NCBI GenBank assembly: GCA_964035545.1
Contig: OZ037765.1
Span: forward strand, 5,218,698-5,282,697
Direction: 5' to 3'
DNA from: Bugula neritina
Lineage: Eukaryota; Animalia; Bryozoa
Length of the DNA: 64,000 nt
How positions within the stretch are numbered: position 1 is the stretch's first letter; every line of letters begins with the position of its first letter. Positions 1-11,525 of this stretch are shown piece by piece. The position numbers and the translations under genes are program-made. Under the pieces are notes generated by a model, which did no database searches, was not told where the DNA came from, and saw nothing but the letters and a program-made list of their open reading frames with translations.

Positions 1-450
1 GCTTGTAATGTCTAAAATCACTATAACTCAAGTGATAGCACAGTTCAAACAGTTTGCAAATTCTCAACAGCTAATATTCGTAGCATATAAACAGCGAATT
101 AAAAACTAGGTTACCTTTATATATATCATGTCATCAATCAGTATTTTAGTTAACATTAACATAATATATTATACACTGTGTTTGAGTTTGCTGTGTGTAA
201 CTTACTAATATAAGTCAGTTTAAACATATATCTATTTACATTTAGTAACCTTTAAGTAACATTTAAGTATCCCATTAGAACTGTTAATACTTTTCATGTT
301 TAGGTTGCATACATGTATAGACAAAAATAGGTCATATGATATATTTATCAAAGCGAGTGGATACACACTTGTAACATACAATATTTCATCCACACTCAAA
401 ATATATTTCTCTAACCACCATATAATGTCAACTTTTTATCATGTTTATAG

Positions 451-1825
451 ACATTGATGTAAAAGCAGAAGTAAAACAACCAATTACACTGCAAGCAATG
501 GCAGGAGATGACGGTGTAGAGCTAGACTGTGCTCTACATATTACAGGAAACCCAGAACCATTTATATTCTCCTGGGTAAGAAAAGGAGTTGAACAATCTG
601 AAGAGACAAATCGCAAGCTAAACTTGACTCCAGAGACAGCTGGCACTGAAGAAACAGTGATCTGTACTGCTGACAACATTTACTCTCTTGGTTAGTTTTT
701 TAAAGTATAATATTGCTGAGAATAGGACTGATAACTTCTGAATTTTTGATTAAAGTCACAATTAATATGTATCATCCATCTTGTTCAAAACCTTAAATCA
801 TGTTTACTTGAGGCATAAGCAACAGTGTAATAAAGTAAAATTTATAGATTGTATATATTTGTGTAGAAACAATAATTCAAATTTTTAAGTAAGAGTGTAT
901 GTTTAAAGTTTTACAAGAAAATATGATAACATACAAGCTGTTAGATTATGTACTTAACTTATCTCACTGTAGGAAAGAATGTGACTGTAACATGGCATGT
1001 AGAATGGAAAGACACAACAACTGTAGCAGGTGAGAGACTTATAATTCTTACAGTTTCTTCACAAACTTTTATCTAATGGAAAGGAAAGGTTACATCAAGT
1101 ATTTCCTACAACTGTAATAGAGAAAATATGCTAATATATACAAGCTGTTAGATGTTAAATAATCTCACTACAGGAAAGGATGTGACTGTAACACGGCATG
1201 TAGGAGGGAAGGACACAACTGTAGCAGGTGAGAGACTTGTAATCCTTACAGTTTATTTGCATACATTTCTCTAAAAAAAATTTTAAAATTTAAAGTGTTT
1301 TTCCTACTAGCAAGCAGTATTGTAATAGAGACATCATTATGTGGCCTGAAACCAAGTTGCTTTTCATCATTACGTACGACCTGTATTTAGCAGCATATAT
1401 GTTTTCTTTATGTAATATTATTTACTTTTAATTTTTAATATTTAAAAATAGCCATAACATGATATATCAAACAGACTAAAAGACTTTCTATTTTACTGTA
1501 GATGCTACTGCATAAATTTACATATGATGTCCACAAAGTAAAATACTCAGCCACGAGTACCTTTGAATATAATTACAGTTCCTTTAAATTATAAATAACA
1601 TACGAATTTCCCCAAATATTAAAAAGATATTGCGTTACATTATATATACCTGCTTTTTTCAACTTTGCAGGAAAAAGTTCAATTTCAATTAACTCAATCA
1701 ATTCAATTAATGTATCAACAACAATCAAGGAGCAAACTGATTCTGTGGCGGAGTCTCAAAGCAACCTGATGGCAAGCTACAGTTTATCAGCTATCATTAT
1801 CTCATTCATTTGGAACTATGTTTGA
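451..1825 (+). CDS. 3' part of an immunoglobulin-domain cell-surface protein, probable GPI anchor (5' end lies before the window)
   Basis: Exons 451-690 (AG at 449-450, GT at 691), 973-1029, possibly 1174-1227, and 1671-1825 (TGA 1823-1825), all joined in phase 1. Protein ...VELDCALHITGNPEPFIFSWVRKG...TVICTADNIYSLG-KNVTVTWHV shows the Ig C-x-x-x-G-N-P-x-P-x-x-x-W...C-x-A-x-N pattern, then a Ser/Thr-rich stalk and a terminal hydrophobic tail (LMASYSLSAIIISFIWNYV*) with no cytoplasmic domain. Confidence 0.72.
915..1330 (+). repeat. ~200-bp tandem duplication containing a 57/54-nt exon with its splice sites
   Basis: aaaatatg..caagctgttagat..atctcact(gt/ac)ag-GAAAG(A/G)ATGTGACTGTAACA..ACTGTAGCAG-gtgagagactt occurs twice (about 918-1115 and 1123-1330). 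Confidence 0.85.
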
Positions 1826-4800
1826 ATTTAGAGTAGCAATATACTCTTGCCTATATAAATGGAAGACAAGAATGAAGACGCAATCCTATTGTATTGTACA
1901 ATTTTTAATAAACTTTCATGTTAATCAAGTTACAAACAGTTATAAACACAAAGCAAGATAAACAAATAAATATATAAAAACGAATAGCTGACAATCTTTT
2001 TGTAAACACCGATAAACTTTCATTTAAAGTTTCCCAATCCAAAGTGTTGTACTGTCTACGTCATGTACATAGAACACGTGTAGGCTATTTATTTAGTCTT
2101 TGCTTCCGCCAGAAGGTACAGTGATTAAACACATGTATCTAATGTGTCACCATATTGAGTCTTTGCAAGACAAATTTACCTCCCATTATAGCCCCATTTG
2201 AATACCTATTAGGTTTGGGTTTGTATGAACTCAAGTAGCTACATGTTTTAATTAATATAGCCTTTATTTTATACTCTATATTTAAGATTATACTAATTTT
2301 ACATTCGCTGCATTATACCAAATGAGAAAACAAGAGCAATGTAATATTGTTACTAGCTAAGTTTTTATATTAAATGCAAAACATTAAAATGTTAGGACTT
2401 CTATTAAAGCCCTAAATTTTAGAAATTATAAAACATGGATGCGTATTAAATGTAAGCTGATTAATAAGATATATAATCAATTTATATTGATATTTTGAAG
2501 TTACCTCAAACACTGGTGGTTATATAGTTTGATAAACACTGGTGGTAGCCATAAATTTTAATATAATTTTGTTATATACTGTTGTAATTTTCAAAGGGTT
2601 GCTTCATTTATCTCTAGAATAATTTCCTGGATCTTATAGTAACTGTAATGTTTCTAAGTTCAATTTCTGTGTTCCTTTGTTTGAATGCTTCTCTAAATAA
2701 TCACTTAGGTAAGATTGTTTAAACTGCTGTTAATAGCAACACGCGTCATATAAACTCTTTTGTCCCTCATATTGGCAGATCTGTGTAATGAAAGTATTAT
2801 AGAGTAAGAATGTGTATTTAAAAGACATAATTTATATCCTCCACTTAATTCCAGCTCACTGGGAATTATTTTTCCATATAGGAGTTGAAATAGAAGTCTT
2901 CCAGCACCAATTCTTCTTATGTGCTAGCCTAGTTCAAATAAGTGCTTAAAACTGACTCTTTGTAATTATCGCTATTTGTAACTACAACTTACACCCATTC
3001 TACTTTGGTATGCAAAAATAAATGTGGTCACCTTTGGTCACCTTTCACCGCTGGATCCTGCCGGGTGGCGGGTAGAAATAAATCCTGTCAAGAAAACAAG
3101 TTAAATAAGTTTTCTAAAGGCTTCAAACTGCTCTTTCTTCCACGACTGTATAAACTGTTGCAAATGACCTCAAGTAAAATTCAAAAATTGTTAAAGTTGA
3201 ATGAATAGAAATCAAATTGAACTGAAGGTTACAAATTATTATATTAATTATATTTGGGCTGCAGCTCTGCCAACTACTAAAAGTTTATTTTGGTTTCTAA
3301 AGAAAAAAATTCTATAGACGTGTTGTTTAACCACTATATATGCCTTCAGAGAGTTATTCTATTTTCAACTTTTGAATCACTTGTCCAAAATTTCAGATAA
3401 ATGGCTTTTGAAAAAAAGCTTTAATTTGCTGATCTTTTGAAAATCTTTGATTTATGATTTTCAGCTCTCAAATAACGACACATATACATGTAATTGAGAT
3501 TTTCTTCTAACAAAAAATACAATTTTAACTCTTAAGTTAAGGAGAAAAATTGCCAAGATTTGGACGTAAGCATATATCGTGTGTTCTGTTTCTGATGACA
3601 TAACAAGTGGCACATGTCTGTAAACCCGATGAAATTATACTTGAAAATCTCATAATACACCCCATAATTAAGTCACAACGCCATCTTGAGCTTCATCTTT
3701 CTTCAATATCAAACAACGGACAGCAGAGAGAAAGAGTTTGGATGGCAGAAGGGAAAAGTTTATAAACATGTGATTTCCCCAAAATTCTTACTATTTAATA
3801 CCATAATATCACAATAGAGTATATAATTATTACGTGTCTTAATTTATATGTTGAGAAAAAGCTGTCATAAATCTATGAAAATGTACTTGCTTTTATAGCA
3901 AGCTACTTATCTTCAATCACAATATGTACACCTCCAATACCTTTGTTGTAACAGCAGTTTCTTGATTCAATTAGTCTCCAGTTTCACAAAGTCAACAACT
4001 AAAGTTCTAAAATCATTATACATTTAAATATATTTTAGAAACTTTTAAATAAACCTGTTACGATCTAAGTTATGTTTTTGTAACTGCCGAACCAGTTTTA
4101 TGGTGATAATAAAGTTTAAATAAATGAAAATATATTAAAAGAAATGAAAACCTTTTAAAGAAAAGGTAAATGCGAAAAAGCTTTAATTTTGGTAAATTTT
4201 GAAAAAGTTTTTACAGTAAATTTGAAAAAAATGTATGCTGAGGTAACGATAGATTTAGGCTTTAAATTGCTTTATATAAAATGGTAATTTATTTATATGT
4301 ATTTGCAGCAAAACTGGCCAACTTTTATATAGCTGTATAAACTTTATAATTGAAAGGCTGTATTAAAAGTGGTCCATTGTATTTAGCAGTTTGAGCTGTT
4401 GCTTCTGTAACAAATCAATAATATAAAGGTACCAAAAATGTTCTGTTTAACTTTATATGCTACGCTTACATTCATATTATTTAAATTTTTACTTATGGAA
4501 ATTAGGAGTGCTTGACACTACTGTTCACTTTTCAAGCCTAAAACCTCTGATACCCTGTATACTAAATCAGCAATCAATGAAGCGTAGGTTCATGTCTAAA
4601 AGGAACCTATTTCTTTTTAGAGTTTAAACTGATATGTGAAAATTATCTATTTGTTAAACTAATCTCTATTATCTAGCCGCCATCTACATCATTGGAAATT
4701 AGAATGTATAAATCTGTAAGCTAAAGGAGTACAATTTCAAAATAGTTTGAATGCAAAATGTCAACTTTTTTATACTTTCAGTGCGGAATCTCACTAAAAT

Positions 4801-5214
4801 ATGGCAAAATATGTTTTTTTTTCTAAAAAACAATGCATATCCACAAACCGAATCAGAGCTACAACTGTTTAGTGCTTTGTTTTAAACCAACTGGGCAGGC
4901 TGGAAAGATATTGTCTTTTTACCTTTTATTATAAGTCAAGTACGTTTCTATTTGCTTTCTTATATAATAAGGCATATAATTACTCAGCTTGTAGGAGTTG
5001 GCTTATTGTAAATGTAGCTATTTTAAATCTTGGCAGCTGTAAATTGTTTCGAAACATACAATTTAATACTTAGAAATTTATTTACTTCATTTACTCTCTT
5101 TAAACAATGATTGGGTGCACGCGGACTAGCTAAATATAATTATAAAATACTTTAAAATACCTAAACCATGTTAATGATAGTATAGCTATATTTGACTATG
5201 TAATACAACCTCAA

Positions 5215-5320
5215 CTGTAGTGATGAGTATAACCAGTGGTCCCCGTGGTGTAATGGTTAGCACAGTTTCTTGCAAACCAGATGTCTTATGAGTTCGATTC
5301 TAGGTGGGGGCAATTATTTT
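5215..5320 (+). mobile_element. tRNA-derived SINE-like repeat / pseudo-tRNA, family A
   Basis: ggtccccgtggtgtaatggttagcac (A box)...gagttcgattctaggtgggggcaattattttt (B box plus T run); stems degenerate; homologous copies at 15835, 20596 and 56940. Confidence 0.7.
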
Positions 5321-5837
5321 TCATCAACCTGCTCCTTGTTTCACTTGGAAATTAGGTGAAGTTGACATTATCTAAATCGTAAAAGATTCTACTACGCACC
5401 ATTTGACAGCAGTATATGTTGGCATCAGGTCATTTTGACTAAGCATACTTGTCTAAACACAATTACTTCTCATTCGTTGCTTACATTTATTATTTAAGTT
5501 TTTTTAATTGTGACACTCCCATATCAATGAAATACAATATCCCATTTTATCAGTATTATTGTGTAATATAAAGTAATCCAATATTATAAAATTTAAAAAT
5601 ATAAAATCAGTATAAAACCATAAAAGGTTTTAAGGCAATAGCGTAGATGAAATTTGATTAGTCACGTGTTTTACTACAATGGTTATAACATACAATAAAC
5701 AAAACATTGTGATATTTTCTTTATTATTATACAACGGTTTATTACACCCAATACATAACATTAAAGTGCATGGAAACCACAAACATCCCACCCACTTCTA
5801 AGATTAATGGAACAAATGGAAAAAAATCCAACTTTTC

Positions 5838-5925
5838 TATTGGCTGCTGATAAATGAAAAATTAAGCTGATTGGCTATATCACTGCAACATAAACATATA
5901 TTCGAAGCTTGGTGATATAAAAGCT
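5838..5925 (+). promoter_or_regulatory. Putative core promoter of ARID gene 1 (two inverted CCAAT boxes plus TATA box)
   Basis: ATTGG at about 5839 and 5870; TATAAAAGCT at 5916-5925, about 75 nt upstream of ATG 5994. A similar arrangement precedes the paralog. Confidence 0.45.
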
Positions 5926-5993
5926 GCAGGATCTAGCGCCAACTCTAACAGATGCTGACAAGAAGTTAATTCACCAACTCAGCTGCAGTAACA

Positions 5994-8900
5994 ATGCCAT
6001 CTGAAAGTTTCAACATAGATAAGGTAAGGAGTTTTAGGACTGTTATTACAAATATACTTATTATATTATTATCAATTTATAACTTTAGTGAAAGTAAAGT
6101 ATGCATAATATGTTTCATCAATTTTATAATAATAATGAACATTACTTTTTTTGGAATGCTAGTGATTTATGTAGATTTTTCATGATTTGGCTTTCAATTT
6201 TAAATCAAGAACAGCTGGTGTCCCTGACTGTTGGCTTTAAATATAGTAGTTTAATTATTATAGTATCTAGCTGAACAAAATTTCAATATCATTAATAATG
6301 CAAAAGTGTAACGAAAATTTGTTGTTTGATTGCAAACATTAAATATCAAGTTGTTAGTTTATATAATAATGATAAAATATCAATATATTTACATGTGGCT
6401 TTAAAACGACAAAATAATTTATTACATCACTTTACGTATAATACAGCTATATTACTGCACACTAAAGTTCTGAACACATTACTATATAGACTATAGAGTA
6501 TTGTGTGTTATTTTCAGCTGTTAAACAGACCTTCAACTTCAAACTCTGTCACGACACCACCAACCTCACCAACTTTCACTCACTTCCCGGGATTATTTTC
6601 AACAGAGATGTCCCAAAGACTTACTCCTCTTTCGAGTACTAGAATTAATGAAGCTGATTCCAATGCAAATGTTCTACAACAGTTACAGTATCGTGGCTTT
6701 ATTGACCAGTCAGGATGGCCGTCAATGCCGAATTCCTCTTGGATGTCTGCTATAAATAATAGAAATAACAATCACTACGGAAGTAGGTCTCTGCTATTAC
6801 CTGAGAATGGCCATGGGAGACAACTCACTGTACCAGACAGCACAGCTGACAGAGATAATGTTGAAGCACAGCACAAGGGGCCTTTTCAGGAGCAGTTAAA
6901 GCAGGTTAGTGTATAGTACCATGTTTGAGGAAATTGTTTATTTAAAATCTGTGTGCCATACTTCAGTGAGTCAAAAATCTTACAGGTCCCATGGCTCTTT
7001 ATTTTAGCCAAATTATTTTTCAAACTAGCTTATTAAAGTTAATCTGTCATAGGCATAAAATGAAACTGAAATATTGTGCAACTTATTGTGCTAACTCGAT
7101 TTCAGTGTTTTACTGTAAAGAAATTAGAGACAATACGCAGAAAAATAGTAACCGTTTTTCATAAGTTTTGAATTAACAACATTTCATGAATCTTTACAGC
7201 TGTATGAATTGGGTGAAGAATCAGACAGAAGAACTCTGTTAGATGAACTCTTCCAATTCTTGGCTAGAAGAGGTAATCTATTAGTCTATCCTTCTTTTGT
7301 TTGAAACATATTTTAAGATTAGAGGTAAGGGCATTATAGTATATATACAGTAAGTATTATAATTTGTTATTCATATACCTGTACTATAATAGAATGTAGC
7401 TACATAGAAACTTGTAAATCAGTATATTGGATTACATAACTCAGAGATCATGAAATAAACACTCAATCTAGTCTTCTAATAATGCTAAACCCTATATATA
7501 AACTCTTAGACTAAGTAAACTGTCTACATTCTACTGGGTCATTATTAGATGCAATTTGATAACAAACCCTCATAGCAACTCTAATACTTGATGAAATATA
7601 TCAAAGTATTTTAGTAATGTTATGCGTACAAGTTTTACCAACTTAATGGTGAAACTAGTTTCTATCTGCTCTGGTGTTTTGGGATTTTCCTGCAAAAGGT
7701 GGCAGCTATAAGGTTATAGTTGAAAAAGAAAACTATTGTATTATATTTTTGAATTATAGTTGTACATTGCCTTAAAGTTTTAGTACAATAAAAATTAGTC
7801 AAATATTTGTACAATTGTACATAAATGTTAACAAATATTATAGTTATTTTATTGTTATTTAAATTCAGGGACTCCAATGAACAAGTTACCTAAAATGGCT
7901 AGGAAGGTTCTAGACATATATAAGCTGTATAAGCTTGTAGTAGCAAAGAAGGGGGCTGTTGCAGTGATCAATAGAAAGCAGTGGATGCAAATAGCCAGAG
8001 GGTTGGACATTCCGCCTTCTATAACCAGTGCTGCTTCTACCCTCCGGTCAACGTACGTATTCAACTAGAGATTCTGATGATTTTAATGTTTTACTCTGTT
8101 CTCAACTTATGGTTTTGAATATTAGTTGCCAGTCTGTGTTTAAAAGTGCAAACATCACCAATACCCAAGTAATATCAACTAGAAAGTATAACGTGCTATC
8201 TCATGACAGAAATTTCCTGCAAACTGAACGATATTTCTTATCAGCATATAACTATAGTTTTCACCAACTGTTGAGTTAACAAATCTTAAGCAAAATGTGA
8301 ATTTTATGATATTAGGTTAATTAACAAAATTAAGAATATTTTGACAATTAGTAATGTTTAATTATCACCTAGCCCATTTTGTAGTAGTCTAAACAAATCA
8401 AATTACTCTTTGTATATTATGTGTTATTTAGATACGTGAAGTACCTCTACAAGTTTGAAAAAGAAAAAAATAACTTTTCTACTGACTCTCAACTGTTAGC
8501 AGCGATTGATAGGAACAAAAGAGATGGTAGAAGAGCAGAAGGTCAACTGTACCCACGTCTGCCATTCTCTCTGGGTTTGTTATTTTCATGATTAATCTAT
8601 ATAATTCTTACAGCCAGACAAATGCAAAAAGTCTCTGAAATTCTATGCTTAGGTTACACCATTGTTCAGTGTTGATTTGAGTGAAAACATATGACTATGT
8701 CACCAGCATTCTATATTTGCAGGTCTCACAAACAGGTATGGAGTTATGCCCCCAATGGCTGCTAATATTTATCAAACACTACAACCGCAGCACATGACTT
8801 CTATACTAACTGCACCTGCAATGAATGGCACTGGACTTGTTCCTGGTGGTACAATGCTTCCGTCATTTTTCCCCCAACTTACCACACCATTAAATACCAG

Positions 8901-10087
8901 AAATGCCAACTTCCCTCTGAATATGAGTAAGTGCTATAATATGTATTACTATTACTGTTACAAAATTGATAAACTTTACTTATACCTATTACATACTTTA
9001 GCTATCAAAATTAAAACTTACAGCAGAGTTCCTTTTCAAAGTTTTTAAAATATATGTAGTACCTACAATTTAATGTCACTATTCATTCAATTTTCTTCTG
9101 CAAAGGAAGCAGAATACTGATTAATTAGAGTAATAGTCAAATGTACACTTATTGTGGACAGATGTGCTTCTATTTGTCATTTGCTTAATAGAAATTTCAT
9201 TTGCTTTGATCTGCAATAATTGAAGCTACAGCTTTAAAGTTTTCTTTGTGGTAATTAATAGTTCAGGAGTAAATGTTATAACAGATTTCAACAACCAACG
9301 TCGCTCATTTCCAAATTTAGCAGATCTCTTCCGAATTTATCAGACAGGGATGCAACCATCCAGCACCAACTTGTCTGACACAAATAGAGTTTTACCTGCT
9401 AAAAGGTTGAGGGAACAAGAACCTCTCCAAGCAGGTATAAATACTACTATTGGTTCTTTGTTAGTTTAATTTATCCTCTGAATACATGACCACTGATATT
9501 GTATTATTTATTACTTGATTCAACTTGACAATACTGTACAGGTATGCTGATGTTTCAGGGGATAGAAGTGACGACAGCACAGTTACTGTGAAAAGACGAA
9601 GGAGAAATTCTTCAGAACCTGAGAGTGTTTCCTCTAATCCTCCTTCATCTGCTGCAGAAAATGGGGAAGATAGTTCAGGTGTTTTTTCAATGTCATTTCT
9701 TAACTTTTCCTGAAAAGCGTGCAAAGAATTCTCTTCTAAGCTAACTTCATTGTAAAAACAACATTGTCATGCTGTCCTTAGAGAGAAATCAATAACATAA
9801 TTAACTTGATTATTCTAAAAGAAGTCAACTGTTGGATCTTTAAATACTAAGTTTTAGCAATTAGATTAGATATTTATATAAATTAATAAACCATAAAAGT
9901 AACTGGATGTGATAATAATAAGCCATTAAATGTTCTTGTATGTAATATTAATTTACTAAATAATGCTGAATTTATATAAAAACCGTAAATAGTTGAGCTA
10001 TGAAAGCTGCCATATAACATGTTTTTGTTACAATTGAAAATCATATTTGAACAAATTTGTGTTGTTACAGACGAAATAATTCCTTGA
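5994..10087 (+). CDS. ARID3: ARID3/dead ringer (Bright)-like AT-rich interaction domain transcription factor
   Basis: Exons 5994-6023, 6518-6904, 7200-7272, 7869-8052, 8432-8574, 8723-8926, ~9267-9434, 9559-9678, 10071-10087 splice in frame. Extended ARID: FQEQLKQLYELGEESDRRTLLDELFQFLARRGTPMNKLPKMARKVLDIYKLYKLVVAKKGAVAVINRKQWMQIARGLDIPPSITSAASTLRSTYVKYLYKFEKEKNNFSTDSQLLAAIDRNKRDGRR, matching ARID3 consensus motifs (SITSAAFTLR, AAIDxNRREGRR). Basic NLS-like KRRRR near the C-terminus. The 3' exons are less certain. Confidence 0.85.
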
Positions 10088-10750
10088 AGCAGCCATTGAA
10101 GAATACAAGAAAGCAAATCTATTTCAAGCTCCACCTTTTACTTCTGCCATGTAGCGGAAGAGCTACACTGCTGATGTTGACAAATAACACTCTAGATATT
10201 ATTGCTATGTAAATTTTAGTTAATCTTTTATTTTCCTCCAACATATGTAATTTCTGTAAATGAAGTTTCCCCAGCTGAGCACTGCTGAGAATTTGTATAT
10301 AATTCCTTGTATGATATTAAACATATTTATTTTTAAGTTGTTTTAAATTGACTACCCATTATTCTAGCTGCTTCTACACAACTATACAATAATGAATTTC
10401 CGGGGCTATGTAAAATATATAAAGCTATTCTTTATTTTGTATATAAAGATATTAAATCAATGTTCTTGTATAGTTGGTTTTAGTTCAAAGTAATAAAATC
10501 ATTGACATATAAGATATATTTCTATTTATTTTGAGTTAAAGCAAACAAGGCAAATTTCTGCTGTCTACAAAGAAACAATGTTTGCTCATTATTAAGGTAA
10601 TATAAAAAAAACTTGAAAAGTTTTAATTTGTAAAAATTGAACTAATATTAGGTCATAGATTCTATATTTAACTTAACATTAGGCTATAATTGCAAACAAG
10701 ACAAGAAATTTATTTTGGTTATAATGCAATAAAATGCCAATTTTAAATTC

Positions 10751-11525
10751 TTAAAGGATTGCTCTATCTTGTCTAATAAATGGCCATTTAGGTCAAACAC
10801 ACATAATATTGTGTTTTTCTAAGCATGCATTGACAAAAAGCATTTGACCAAAGGTAGAAAAAGTTAGTTGAAGTTGAGGGTGTAGATTGGTAACAGCCAA
10901 AACGCCGATTTTGAAATGAGCTGGGAAATGTGACGTAACAGCGCCAGCATTCCTGCTGGTCACGTGACTATACAAATGAATAACTATAGAAATATGACTG
11001 TGAGATGTGATCTTTCAGCTCGTAATTTGTATATTTATAGAAGTGCAAATGTGAATTATCTCAATCTATAGTTTTTTGACATGTTAAATAACATGTATGT
11101 GATAACATTAGGCCATATTTTGCTTGTAAGCATAGAAAAAAGCATTGCAAAAACATGCATTCTTTAGGATGAATGCCTGCGATCGATCTAAACTAGGTCA
11201 GATTGTGCAATATTACGGGCGCACCAAAGCTGACCTATATAGCGCACTGTAACTGCTTGAGCGTTATTGGTTGATGTTGCGCTCAGCAACCTTGAATACT
11301 AGCGTTATAGTTAGCACGTGCAGCATAGTTACTGGCGTTCACACGTCACGTATTAGGCTATTCTTTTTCATGGCTGAAAATTTTACCTCCCTCAAATTGG
11401 AATTTTGAAAAGCTGTTTTCTAGGCATATATCCCTTTGCAAAGTCACAATTGTTTGCATACACATTAGATTATAGTTCATAATTATAATGTGATTGTAAT
11501 AAACTAAGATAGAGCAATCCTTTAA
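10751..11525. mobile_element. Non-autonomous DNA transposon (MITE-like, ~770 bp), Kolobok-type ends, copy 1
   Basis: TTAA on both sides (10751-10754, 11522-11525); 16-bp perfect TIR AGGATTGCTCTATCTT...AAGATAGAGCAATCCT; near-identical copy at 34879-35655; no transposase ORF. TTAA TSD with purine-purine termini is typical of Kolobok rather than piggyBac (CC termini). Confidence 0.88.

Noticed and set aside
3300-3800. Additional DNA-transposon relics (also about 4640-4930 and 23340-23560)
   Set aside because: Composition is suggestive, but I could not find TIRs, TSDs or a second copy in the window.
5238-5315. Functional tRNA genes at 5238, 15855, 20618, 25708, 46729, 56950 and 58480
   Set aside because: Acceptor and anticodon stems do not pair properly, copies carry indels and inconsistent anticodons, and they share flanks; treated as tRNA-derived repeats.
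9525-9560. Alternative acceptor at 9541 for ARID gene 1 (ORF 9525..9713 start)
   Set aside because: It is out of phase with the upstream exon and leads to an early TGA; the acceptor at 9558 keeps the frame.
10793-10975. Identical 60-aa ORF here and at 34921-35103 as a transposon protein
   Set aside because: Non-ATG start, no transposase motif; the identity simply reflects the duplicated MITE.
10751-11525. piggyBac assignment based on the TTAA target site
   Set aside because: Termini begin with AGG rather than the CC(C/Y) typical of piggyBac; Kolobok fits better.
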